Shown: positions 20,098-29,134 of the stretch, in pieces | How the letters are laid out: every line of letters starts with the position of its first letter | Numbering within the stretch: the stretch's first letter is position 1 | NCBI GenBank assembly: GCA_045614385.1 | Contig: JAZLCS010000113.1 | Location: 4,159 to 68,158 of the forward strand | Direction: 5' to 3' | Source of the DNA: Acutalibacteraceae bacterium | GTDB taxonomy: Bacteria > Bacillota > Clostridia > Oscillospirales > Acutalibacteraceae | Length of the DNA stretch: 64,000 nucleotides | Notes under the pieces: model-generated | The model's database searches: none | Told to the model about the DNA's origin: nothing | What the model saw: only the letters and a program-made list of their open reading frames with translations | Position numbers and translations under genes: made by a program

Positions 20098-21345
20098 ATG
20101 TCAGTTTGCGAAATTCTTTCCGTCGGAACAGAAATTCTGCTCGGCGATATTCTTAACACAAATTCAAGATATCTTTCGCTTGAGCTTGCAAAACTCGGCA
20201 TTTCCGTGCTCAGGCATACCACCGTCGGCGACAATCACGAAAGGCTTGCCGCCGCGCTGAAAACCGCTCTTGAAAGGAGCGATATCGTTATCGCAACGGG
20301 AGGTCTCGGCCCCACCGCTGACGACATAACGAGAGATGTTTGTTGCGAGGTTATGGGTTTTGAAATGAAGCTTGATGAAGGCATCGCGGCAAAAATCCGC
20401 AGATATTTTGACTCCAAGGGCATCGAAATGCCCGAAACAAATCTCAGGCAGGCTTATGTTCCCGTCGGAGGAACGGTTTTTGAGAATAACCACGGCACCG
20501 CGCCCGGTCTCGGGCTTAAAAAAGGCGGCAAATGCGTTGTTATTCTGCCCGGCCCGCCCTATGAAATGGCTCCGATGTATCAAGAAAGTATTGTTCCCTA
20601 TCTCGCAGAATATTCCGACGGTGCAATCGTTTCACATACCGTCAGAACAATGGGAATCGGCGAAAGCGCAATGGCAGAGCTTGTTGCGGATTTGCTTGAA
20701 AACGAAAATCCGACCGTTGCTCCCTATGCCAAAAAGGGTGAGGCTCTTTTAAGAGTGACCGCGAAGGCGGATAATGCCGAAGAAGCGGAAAAGCTCTGCG
20801 TCCCCGTTATTGACGAAATAAAATCAAGGCTCGGCGGCTATGTTTACGGCGTTGACAGCGAAAGCATAGAGCAAAGAGTTGTTGAGCTTCTGAAAGCAAA
20901 TAATCTTACTCTCGCAACCGCGGAAAGCTGCACGGCGGGTTATATCCCCAAAAGAATAACCGATATTCCCGGCGCAAGCAGTGTTTTTGAATACGGCGCA
21001 ATAACCTATTCAAACGATGTCAAACAAAAGGTTCTCGGAGTCAGAGAAGAAACTCTCAGCCGGTTCGGCGCAGTCAGCGAACAGACTGCAAGAGAAATGG
21101 CGGCGGGCATACGCCGCGTTTCGGGTGCCGACATAGGAATTGCCGTCACGGGCATTGCAGGGCCCGGCAGCGACGGCACGGACAAGCCCGTCGGCCTTTG
21201 CTATATCGCAATCAATGCCGAAGGCTTTGAGAGGTTTGAAAAAATCGAAACAGGCAAAAATGACAGGGAATATAACCGATATGTGACCGCGTCGCGCGCG
21301 CTGAACCTTGTGAGGGTCTGTATAGAAAATAAGGAAAGAGGATAG
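20098..21345 (+). CDS. cinA: competence/damage-inducible protein A (COG1058 + PncC)
   Basis: VGTEILLG, GGLGPTADD, AESCTAG and GAVS. Confidence 0.95.
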   Translation: MSVCEILSVGTEILLGDILNTNSRYLSLELAKLGISVLRHTTVGDNHERLAAALKTALERSDIVIATGGLGPTADDITRDVCCEVMGFEMKLDEGIAAKIRRYFDSKGIEMPETNLRQAYVPVGGTVFENNHGTAPGLGLKKGGKCVVILPGPPYEMAPMYQESIVPYLAEYSDGAIVSHTVRTMGIGESAMAELVADLLENENPTVAPYAKKGEALLRVTAKADNAEEAEKLCVPVIDEIKSRLGGYVYGVDSESIEQRVVELLKANNLTLATAESCTAGYIPKRITDIPGASSVFEYGAITYSNDVKQKVLGVREETLSRFGAVSEQTAREMAAGIRRVSGADIGIAVTGIAGPGSDGTDKPVGLCYIAINAEGFERFEKIETGKNDREYNRYVTASRALNLVRVCIENKERG

Positions 21346-21348
21346 TTC

Positions 21349-22335
21349 ATGGACTCAAAAAAAATAACATTGATTCTTTGCCCGGTTTTCGCAGCACTGA
21401 CCGTTATTTTTACGGCGTTGGCAATTATAAATTTTGTTAAGGAGCCTGAAATGCAGGCGCAGATTGAAACCAAGGCGGCGGAATATGTCATGAGCGGCGA
21501 GGTTGAGATTGATGCACCCGCAAAAAAGCTTGAGAGCGTTGTTTCCAACGATATGAAGGCTCAGACAAGCTACCCCGACGGTATTCTTGAAGAGCTTAAG
21601 CAGGCATATTCAATCAACAACAATCTTGTTGGCTGGCTTTCAATCCCCGGCACGGAGATTGACACCGCCGTTTTGCAGAGCGGCGATAACAGCAAATATC
21701 TCAAAAAAGACTTTTATGAACGCAGCACAACAAACACAACCTCAACCAACTACGGCAACATATATCTCGATTACCGATGCATAACCGACGGCATTTCAGA
21801 AAACACGGTTATTCACGGCCACACAACGGGCAAGGGAGACGGCATCCCCAAGCAGGCATTCCGCTCGCTTTATGACTACCGCGACAAGCAGACTTTTATC
21901 GAAAGCCCCATTATCAGATACAGCACTCTTTATGGAGAGTATACCTATAAAATATGTGCAGTTTTCCTTTCAACAACCGAGCCTTCGGCTGACAACGGAT
22001 ATTTCTTCAATTATATTTATCCCGACATGAGCGACAGTAACATGGTCGGATATATTGAGCAGGTTAAGCAGAGAACGCTTTATAACACAGGCGTTTCGCT
22101 TGAGCCGACGGATAAGATTATCACCCTTTCAACCTGTATTTATGACTACGGCAAGAGCGTTGATACCCGTCTTGTTGTTGTCGGCAGGCTGCTTCACGAG
22201 GGCGAAAGCGAGAGCATAGATGCTTCTCTTGTTGCGGATAATCCCGATTACCGCAGACCCCAGGTATGGTACAACAGAAACGGCAAGGTAAATCCTTATA
22301 AAAACGCAGAAAAATGGCAGCCCAGCGCCCAATAA
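21349..22335 (+). CDS. class B sortase
   Basis: N-terminal TM, GWLSIPGT, IHGH, TLSTC and RLVVVG. Confidence 0.85.
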   Translation: MDSKKITLILCPVFAALTVIFTALAIINFVKEPEMQAQIETKAAEYVMSGEVEIDAPAKKLESVVSNDMKAQTSYPDGILEELKQAYSINNNLVGWLSIPGTEIDTAVLQSGDNSKYLKKDFYERSTTNTTSTNYGNIYLDYRCITDGISENTVIHGHTTGKGDGIPKQAFRSLYDYRDKQTFIESPIIRYSTLYGEYTYKICAVFLSTTEPSADNGYFFNYIYPDMSDSNMVGYIEQVKQRTLYNTGVSLEPTDKIITLSTCIYDYGKSVDTRLVVVGRLLHEGESESIDASLVADNPDYRRPQVWYNRNGKVNPYKNAEKWQPSAQ

Positions 22336-22365
22336 TATAAATCTCTTTAATCGGAGGACAAAAAG

Positions 22366-24372
22366 ATGTCGAAAGATAACATGAACGAAAACAAAAAGCC
22401 TTCGTCGCTCCCCGAGGGACTCAGCTCCATCGCCGATGACGAAGCGATAACCGAAATAGACTTCAACGATTTTCTTGAAGAAACCTCAGGCTCGGCTCCT
22501 CTTTTTGAGGGCTTCCATGAGGATATCGAGAAAACCGAAAAGAGCCTTGAAAGCGAGCTGCAGAGCCTTTATGACGACATTATGAGCAGTGGCCCCGAAA
22601 CCATTGTGCCCAAGCCCCTTTCAATGCTCACTGCAAACGAGGCGGAGCCTCAGAAGGTTGCGCTGTCTGACCCCGAGGAAAGCGAAGTAACCAGCCTTGA
22701 GGATTTATGGATGAACCCCGACGATTATTTTGACAACGATATTCCCGTTGTTTCGCTTGACGGCGATGCGGATGCAAACACCGCGGAGCCTGTAAAAGCT
22801 GTTCCCGCGCCTGCCGAAGCAGAGCAGTTTGACAGCGCAAAGAGCGATATTTTCAGCATGATCGACTCTCTCAAGTCGGAAACAGACAATGAAACGGGCT
22901 TTAACGACATTCTTTCCGAAATCGAAGCGAACAGAGAAATCGTTCCCGTTGATTCCGAGCTTTCCGCAGCGGCTCAGCTTATATCTTCTCTTCCCCAAAC
23001 TCAGGAATTTGAAGAAGAGCCCGAAGAAGATGTTGAAGACCTTGATTTCAGCGAAAATGATTTCGAATGGAGTGAGTCCGAAGCTCCCGCCGCTCCCGAA
23101 ATTCCTGCCGAGTCTCAGACTCCCGAAGCAGATTTTATCGATACTTCTTCAGACGAATTTGAAAGAGAGCTTGCAGAGCTTCTCGGCGATGTTCCTCCTG
23201 CCGAAGAGAAAAAGGAGGAGGTTCCCTCTCCTGCAGGCTTTGTTATCAGTGTTCCCGATGACGGTAATGACTATGAAAAGGCTGCAGCCATGCCCGAAAA
23301 GCTCTATGAAGCAACTCCCATGAGCAGCGCAAGCCTTTCTGACGACCCCGAGCTTATCGGCGAAGCCGAATACGAAGAAGAAACAGATAAAAAGAGCAAG
23401 AAAAAGAAAAAAGAAAAGGCTCAGAAAGAGCCTGCGCCCAACAGCCCGGGCGAGATAATCAGAAAAATCGTTCTTTCCATTTCGATTATAACGATTATCG
23501 TAAGCTGCGGTATTCTTGTTAACACATATTTCATTGAGCCTTATCGCTTCAAGTCCGATGCAGAAGACCTTGCTGCCCAGATGAATGAGGGAATCAGCAA
23601 CCACAGCGACTCAAGCGTTAACGATGTTCAGACAGGCAACACGGGCGTTGAATATCCCGACGGAATGCTTGCAAAATATGCCCAGCTCTATGCGGCTAAC
23701 GATGACCTTGCGGGCTGGATTTCAATCCCCGGCTTTGAAATCAATCTTCCCATTGCTCAGGGCAGTGACAACAACTATTATCTGAAAAAGGATATTTACG
23801 GAAAATACACACGTTACGGCGTTCCCTTCTTTGACTACAGAATGGATGACCTTGCGAATCTTCACAGAAACACGGTTGTTTACGGCCACAACATGCGCCA
23901 TGATGACCTTATTTTCGGTATGCTTGAAAATTACCGTAAAATCGAAGGCGGTTTTGAGCAGGCACCGGTTATCGAATGCAACACCATTTACGGCGACCAC
24001 ACTTGGTTTGTTTATGCCGTGTTTATTACAAACGCAAAAGAAAAAGACGACAACGGCTATGTGTTCCCCTATAACTTCATCGATGTCGGCGACGCAAAGT
24101 TTGCCGCATATATCGAAGAAATCGACAAGAGAAAGTTATACACAACAGGCGTTGATATTGCAGTGACCGATAAAATTCTTACGCTCTCCACCTGCTGCTA
24201 TGACTTCGACAACGCAAGGCTCGTTGTTGTTGCAAGAGAAAAAAGAGAAGGCGAAAGCATCAATATCGACACATCCAAGGCTTATTACAATAACAATCCC
24301 AAATATCCTCAGGCATGGTATGACGCAAATTCAGGAAAGACAAATACTTTCGCGGAGGACGCCCGCTGGTAA
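22366..24372 (+). CDS. class B sortase with long acidic N-terminal extension
   Basis: About 340 aa D/E-rich region, Lys patch, TM; YGHNM, TLSTCC and RLVVVA. Confidence 0.88.
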   Translation: MSKDNMNENKKPSSLPEGLSSIADDEAITEIDFNDFLEETSGSAPLFEGFHEDIEKTEKSLESELQSLYDDIMSSGPETIVPKPLSMLTANEAEPQKVALSDPEESEVTSLEDLWMNPDDYFDNDIPVVSLDGDADANTAEPVKAVPAPAEAEQFDSAKSDIFSMIDSLKSETDNETGFNDILSEIEANREIVPVDSELSAAAQLISSLPQTQEFEEEPEEDVEDLDFSENDFEWSESEAPAAPEIPAESQTPEADFIDTSSDEFERELAELLGDVPPAEEKKEEVPSPAGFVISVPDDGNDYEKAAAMPEKLYEATPMSSASLSDDPELIGEAEYEEETDKKSKKKKKEKAQKEPAPNSPGEIIRKIVLSISIITIIVSCGILVNTYFIEPYRFKSDAEDLAAQMNEGISNHSDSSVNDVQTGNTGVEYPDGMLAKYAQLYAANDDLAGWISIPGFEINLPIAQGSDNNYYLKKDIYGKYTRYGVPFFDYRMDDLANLHRNTVVYGHNMRHDDLIFGMLENYRKIEGGFEQAPVIECNTIYGDHTWFVYAVFITNAKEKDDNGYVFPYNFIDVGDAKFAAYIEEIDKRKLYTTGVDIAVTDKILTLSTCCYDFDNARLVVVAREKREGESINIDTSKAYYNNNPKYPQAWYDANSGKTNTFAEDARW

Positions 24373-24407
24373 TCCTATATTACAACCTTAAGGAACGGTG
24401 ATTATTT

Positions 24408-26774
24408 ATGAACAGAAAGGTGAGTATTTGCACGCTCTTCGCCTCTTCGGCGCAGGGTGCAGCAGAATATCTGGAGCAAAAGCTTGCAGCATATGCCGAT
24501 GTCTCAACAAAAGATTTCGGTGATGTCTCCGTTTTTGCCGCCGGAGCGGCTGACCTTGCCGACAGCAGCGATTTTGTTGTTGCTGCCGCACCTCTTAACA
24601 CCTTCCTTAACGCCAAGCTCCGTTTGCTTAAAGCTCTTTCTGTCAGAATAGTCAAGAGCAAAACCGTTGAGTCGCTTTTCGGTGAGAACGCTCCCCAAAA
24701 CATCAAAGAACGCGACCTTCATGCTGCAATTCCGCATAAAGCAACCGTTTTCCCTTCTCAAGACGGATTGTTTTCCGCTTTTGCGGTGAAGGATGACAAC
24801 TGCACGGTTGTTTTGCTTCCTCTTGAAGAAAACAGAATGGATTATCTCTTTAAAACGGGTCTTGAAAGCATTTTTGCGGAAAATTCGGCACCGCAAGCAG
24901 CTCCGATTCCCGCAGCGGCACCCGCCGCTCCCAAAACAAAAATGCAGGAGCTTCGTGACCGCATATGCAGTGTTGCTTCAAGCGGCAAAACCGTTGCAAT
25001 TTCTCCGTGCGGAAGCGCAAAAATGCTTGTTTCGGCAATTTCTGCCGTTCCCGAAGCAAGCAACACATTTGTTTCTGATTTTTCACTGTATGAGGGAACA
25101 GACGGCGAAAGCACGGCTGATTACATAGCTCAGAGCGCAAAAGTTTCAAAAGAAAATTCGGGTGCAGACTTAGGTGTTGCAATTTCCGATATTTATAATG
25201 ATAATTCGGGCGACGGCGATTTTGTTATTGTCTGCGTTGCGGATTCAGACAGAGCAAAGGCGGCAAAGGTCTATGCAAAGCCGGGAGAAAGCAAAAAGCT
25301 GCTTATTGTTGCGGCAATAATCAAGCTTTGCCGGATGCTTGACGAGCTTTCCGCCGCAGGTCTGGTCAACCCCAATCCTCCCAAAGCCCGAAAGAAATGG
25401 GGCAAAACCTCAAAAACACCGCTTGTTATCGCGATTATAGGTATTGCGATTGCCATAATTGCGTGCATTATAACTGCCTTTGTTTTGTCCGGCAGGGAAA
25501 ACGATGTTTCTCCCACCTATGCCGAGGGCAACGAATATACTCAGGAAGCGGAAACGCTCTATAATTTTGAAGAATATGATTATTATGGCGGCAGCGGTCT
25601 TGAAGGTGCCGACATGGGCGCGGTTGCAATTGTTCCCGAAACTCAGCCGGGCTTCCTTACCACAAGCCCCTCAATTATTACTCTTCGCACAATGGCAACA
25701 AGGGCAACCACAACAAGGCAAACCGTTACCAAAATAATCACCACAATTGCAACAACTCTCAATGTGACCACAACAAAGGCGACCACTACGGCTAAACCCA
25801 CGACAACAACAACAACAACCACAAAGCCGACAACAACCGCCACCGCGAAAGCAACAACAACTGCAACCACATCCAAGCCCACAACAACTCTCAGCCCGAC
25901 AACGACAACAACGAAAAATGAGAGCGGCACTCTCGCTTCGGGCGGAGGAACCTTTATTTTCAGAGTTTACGGCTTCGGTCACGGTGTCGGAATGAGCCAA
26001 TACGGCGCAATTCAGATGGCGAAAAACGGTGATAAATACGATAAAATCCTCACTCATTATTATCCGGGCACAAGCATAAAAACCGATTCTGCAACACCTG
26101 CCACCATAAAATACGGCGGCGAGGATATTCCCATTGTCGAATATCTCTGCAAAACAACAAAACGCGAAATCGGCCCGAGCGCGCCCGCAGAAGCTCTCAA
26201 GGCGCAGATTGTTACGGCATATACCTTTGCTAAATATTATAATTTCGATGTTCCCAAATCCAAGCACGCATACGACAAGGATTATGTATATCTCGGCACA
26301 TCGCTTCACACTGCGTGTCTTGAAGTGCTCGGAATGCGGAGCGACACCGATACTCCCGCCGCAAAATATGTTGACTATAACGGCAGCGCGGCATTCACCT
26401 GCTATTTTGCATCTGCTGCAGGAAAAACCGCGTCGGCAAGCAGCGTATGGGGCGGCGAGAGCCAGCCGTATCTTGTCGGAGGCGTTTCAAGCTGTGAAAC
26501 CGTTGATATTTCAACCGTTGAAATCAGCGCGGCGGATATGAAAGCATATATCGAAGAATATGCCAAGGATAACAAGCTCAACATAACTCTCGGCGACAAT
26601 CCCGCCGAATGGCTCGAAATCATTTCTCATGACAGTGCCTATGACGCGAACACGGGATATATAACCAAAATCCGCGTCGGCAATTATGAAATGAGGGGCA
26701 ACGCATTCAGAAGCTATGTTGTTGATTTCAAGCTGCGCTCGCATTGCTTCAGTTTTGAATATAAACCTGCATAA
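24408..26774 (+). CDS. degenerate CinA-like region + TM + Thr-rich linker + permuted SpoIID/LytB domain
   Basis: GFGHGVGMSQYGA, EALKAQ and LRSHCF; N-terminus aligns by eye with the adjacent CinA. Confidence 0.8.
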   Translation: MNRKVSICTLFASSAQGAAEYLEQKLAAYADVSTKDFGDVSVFAAGAADLADSSDFVVAAAPLNTFLNAKLRLLKALSVRIVKSKTVESLFGENAPQNIKERDLHAAIPHKATVFPSQDGLFSAFAVKDDNCTVVLLPLEENRMDYLFKTGLESIFAENSAPQAAPIPAAAPAAPKTKMQELRDRICSVASSGKTVAISPCGSAKMLVSAISAVPEASNTFVSDFSLYEGTDGESTADYIAQSAKVSKENSGADLGVAISDIYNDNSGDGDFVIVCVADSDRAKAAKVYAKPGESKKLLIVAAIIKLCRMLDELSAAGLVNPNPPKARKKWGKTSKTPLVIAIIGIAIAIIACIITAFVLSGRENDVSPTYAEGNEYTQEAETLYNFEEYDYYGGSGLEGADMGAVAIVPETQPGFLTTSPSIITLRTMATRATTTRQTVTKIITTIATTLNVTTTKATTTAKPTTTTTTTTKPTTTATAKATTTATTSKPTTTLSPTTTTTKNESGTLASGGGTFIFRVYGFGHGVGMSQYGAIQMAKNGDKYDKILTHYYPGTSIKTDSATPATIKYGGEDIPIVEYLCKTTKREIGPSAPAEALKAQIVTAYTFAKYYNFDVPKSKHAYDKDYVYLGTSLHTACLEVLGMRSDTDTPAAKYVDYNGSAAFTCYFASAAGKTASASSVWGGESQPYLVGGVSSCETVDISTVEISAADMKAYIEEYAKDNKLNITLGDNPAEWLEIISHDSAYDANTGYITKIRVGNYEMRGNAFRSYVVDFKLRSHCFSFEYKPA

Positions 26775-26777
26775 TAA

Positions 26778-26809
26778 AAAAAGACGGACACACTGCGTGT
26801 CCGTCTTTT
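26778..26809. terminator. bidirectional terminator
   Basis: aaaagacggacac-actgc-gtgtccgtctttt. Confidence 0.85.
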
Positions 26810-26814
26810 GCGTG

Positions 26815-26892
26815 TTACCATGTTGCGCAAACAATTGCAAGCGTGCCGAAAGCTGCCGTTGCAAGCGCCGCCACAGTGAAAACCGTTACCAT
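26815..26892 (-). CDS. 25-aa hydrophobic peptide MVTVFTVAALATAAFGTLAIVCATW
   Basis: GAAGGGG RBS, ATG..TAA, ends at the terminator; below the ORF-track cutoff. Confidence 0.55.
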   Translation of the reverse strand: MVTVFTVAALATAAFGTLAIVCATW

Positions 26893-26974
26893 TCTTTTGT
26901 CCCCTTCGTTTTTGTCTTCACTCTATTAGTGTATCCAAAATCGGAAATTGTTGCATAAAAAATAAAATTTTGTA

Positions 26975-27061
26975 TTAAACGGCAGCGGGAGTTTCGTCGG
27001 TAAACATAAGAATTCCTGTTGCGAGTGTAAGTGTGATAACGATTGCTGCAAATACTGTCAT
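26975..27061 (-). CDS. 28-aa hydrophobic peptide MTVFAAIVITLTLATGILMFTDETPAAV
   Basis: GGAGGGG RBS; extended -10 TGaTATAAT at 27117-27109. Confidence 0.6.
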   Translation of the reverse strand: MTVFAAIVITLTLATGILMFTDETPAAV

Positions 27062-27310
27062 TTTAAGCCCCTCCGTTTTTTCACCGTTTCGGTGTTCATC
27101 ATGTCTGCATTATATCACCTGAATTTTTAAGAAAAAAGTGGGCAAGTCATTAAGAAAATATTAAGGATTTTCTAAAACGCCTTTCGCTTTGCTTGTTAAA
27201 CATTTCTTAACCGTATTGTCATACTTTTGTAATTGCGCTGAAAAATTTATTGTGATATACTTACGATATAACCATATAATGTTAAAGGTATAATGTCAGG
27301 GGTGACGGGG

Positions 27311-28537
27311 ATGAAAAACATTAAATTCAAAAAGAGAAAGAATTTATCAAAGTCCATTGTTGCGGCGGGGAGTGTTATTATTTGCGCCGTCTTGGTTGCG
27401 CTGATATTTCTTGTTACAAAAAACGTGGCAGACAACAGCAAAACCGACAAAACCCAAGGTTATTCGTTTGAAACAAAGGGCTTTGAGTCCGTTTCGTCGG
27501 TTGTTTGTCTTAACGAAACGATGGCAATTTTCACGGATTCACAGAGCGGCAAAAAGGGAATAATGACCCTTGGCGGCGAGATAACCGAAAAGGCTGAGCA
27601 TAACAGCTTCAGAGTTTGCAGCGATGTCTGGAGAAACATTCGCTACATAGTTGAAAGCCCGCGTTCGGAATATCTTCTTCTTGCCGATGCGGAAACAAAA
27701 ACCGTGACAGTGCGCCAATATCACGGCCTTACCGAGCCGGAGATGATTCCCTGCTGGAGCGAGGCGGGCAAGCATCTTGCATGGACCGACGAAAAAGGCT
27801 ATGCGGGCGAAGTTAAATCAAAAGATATTTCTCTTGACCCGGGGCTTTATCCCGTTGCAACCTCATTGCAGGCTGATGCAAAATACGGCTATGTCAGCCA
27901 CAGCCTGCGCCTTGAAATTGCAGCGGTTTATGAAAACGCGATGGATTTCTCCGAAAAATTGGCGGCGGTCAAAAAAGACGGAAAATGGGGCTATATCAGC
28001 TCTGCAGGTGTTACCAAAATCCCGTTTGAGTTCGATTCCTGCTCATTTGCAGACGGCATGGCAAGAGACTGCGCCTTTTCTTTCAGAAACGGCCTTGCTC
28101 CCGTTTGCAAGGATGGCAAATACGGCATTATAAATTCCGCGGGTGAAACGGTTGTTGATTTCACATTTGATGCGATTTTGCAGGGCGAAAACGGCAAATA
28201 TATTGCTCTGCAGGGCGGAGAATGGGGAATTATAACGCTTGATGAAAAATATCTGCCCGTTGAAACAACCGCGGCAAGTGCCGTCAACGCAAACAGCACT
28301 CCCGCAATTGCAAGAGGTGATTATCTTGTAAAAACCTCGGGCAGCGTGCTCAACATGAGAGACGGGGCGGATTCGGGTGCAAATGTTGTTGCAAAAATAC
28401 CGAACGGTACTCGGCTGACGGTCACAAAAGCCGTTGCGGGCTGGGCATATGTCAAATATAATTCGTTTACCGGCTGGGTAAGCTCGGATTTCCTTATTCC
28501 GGCTCCCGCAGAAACAACCTTAACAACAGCAGCATAA
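27311..28537 (+). CDS. WG-repeat protein with C-terminal SH3b domain
   Basis: N-terminal TM; GKWGYI and GKYGII repeats; LNMR..GW..V..GWVSSDF. Confidence 0.85.
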   Translation: MKNIKFKKRKNLSKSIVAAGSVIICAVLVALIFLVTKNVADNSKTDKTQGYSFETKGFESVSSVVCLNETMAIFTDSQSGKKGIMTLGGEITEKAEHNSFRVCSDVWRNIRYIVESPRSEYLLLADAETKTVTVRQYHGLTEPEMIPCWSEAGKHLAWTDEKGYAGEVKSKDISLDPGLYPVATSLQADAKYGYVSHSLRLEIAAVYENAMDFSEKLAAVKKDGKWGYISSAGVTKIPFEFDSCSFADGMARDCAFSFRNGLAPVCKDGKYGIINSAGETVVDFTFDAILQGENGKYIALQGGEWGIITLDEKYLPVETTAASAVNANSTPAIARGDYLVKTSGSVLNMRDGADSGANVVAKIPNGTRLTVTKAVAGWAYVKYNSFTGWVSSDFLIPAPAETTLTTAA

Positions 28538-28544
28538 AAGAAAA

Positions 28545-28574
28545 AGAACCGAACGCATTAAAGCGTTCGGTTCT
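28545..28574. terminator. terminator
   Basis: agaaccgaacgc / gcgttcggttct between convergent genes. Confidence 0.8.
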
Positions 28575-28583
28575 CTCAATTTA

Positions 28584-29132
28584 TTAAGCCTTGAATTCCA
28601 TTTCTTCAATGATATCGCATACTTTGAAATCCGTGAGCGCAAAAACGCGTTCGCCCAGTGATGAAAGAAACTCATCATTATCTCTGTCGCAGAGCATTGC
28701 ATAGTTTTTGCCGATATTTTCTTCAACGTTCTTATTTTTTCTGACCGAAAGATAATAGAAGGTGAAGGATGAGCCGTCGGAAATATTTGCAAAAAAGCCT
28801 GCCGCTGTTTCGCTCAGCTCGGTATACATGGAGTTGATAACCTGCGATGAAAGCATGGGATGGGGCAGATATTTATGCAGTGAAATCTGAACGGTAAAAA
28901 CTATCAGAGCTCTGAGCTGGCGCAGCTCGTTAGTGTCCAGCTTCTGAGCGTCTTTCGGGCAAATCATCTCGGGAGTGAGCGTGGCGAGCTTTTTGCCGAG
29001 AACGGCGGCTTTTTCTATGTTGCCGTTGCTACGGTAGTTATCCATGAGCAGGGCAAGCTCCGCAAGGTCTGCGCTTGCGCCGTCTTTTTTCTGCGGATGA
29101 AAGATTTTAATATCGTCATCAATAGGTTTCAT
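28584..29132 (-). CDS. hypothetical protein
   Basis: 182-aa ORF starting 2 nt after the PHP gene stop. Confidence 0.75.
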   Translation of the reverse strand: MKPIDDDIKIFHPQKKDGASADLAELALLMDNYRSNGNIEKAAVLGKKLATLTPEMICPKDAQKLDTNELRQLRALIVFTVQISLHKYLPHPMLSSQVINSMYTELSETAAGFFANISDGSSFTFYYLSVRKNKNVEENIGKNYAMLCDRDNDEFLSSLGERVFALTDFKVCDIIEEMEFKA

Positions 29133-29134
29133 TT

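Noticed and set aside
25700-25915. (ACA)n tracts as a phase-variation switch
   Set aside because: Trinucleotide repeats coding a Thr linker; slippage keeps the frame
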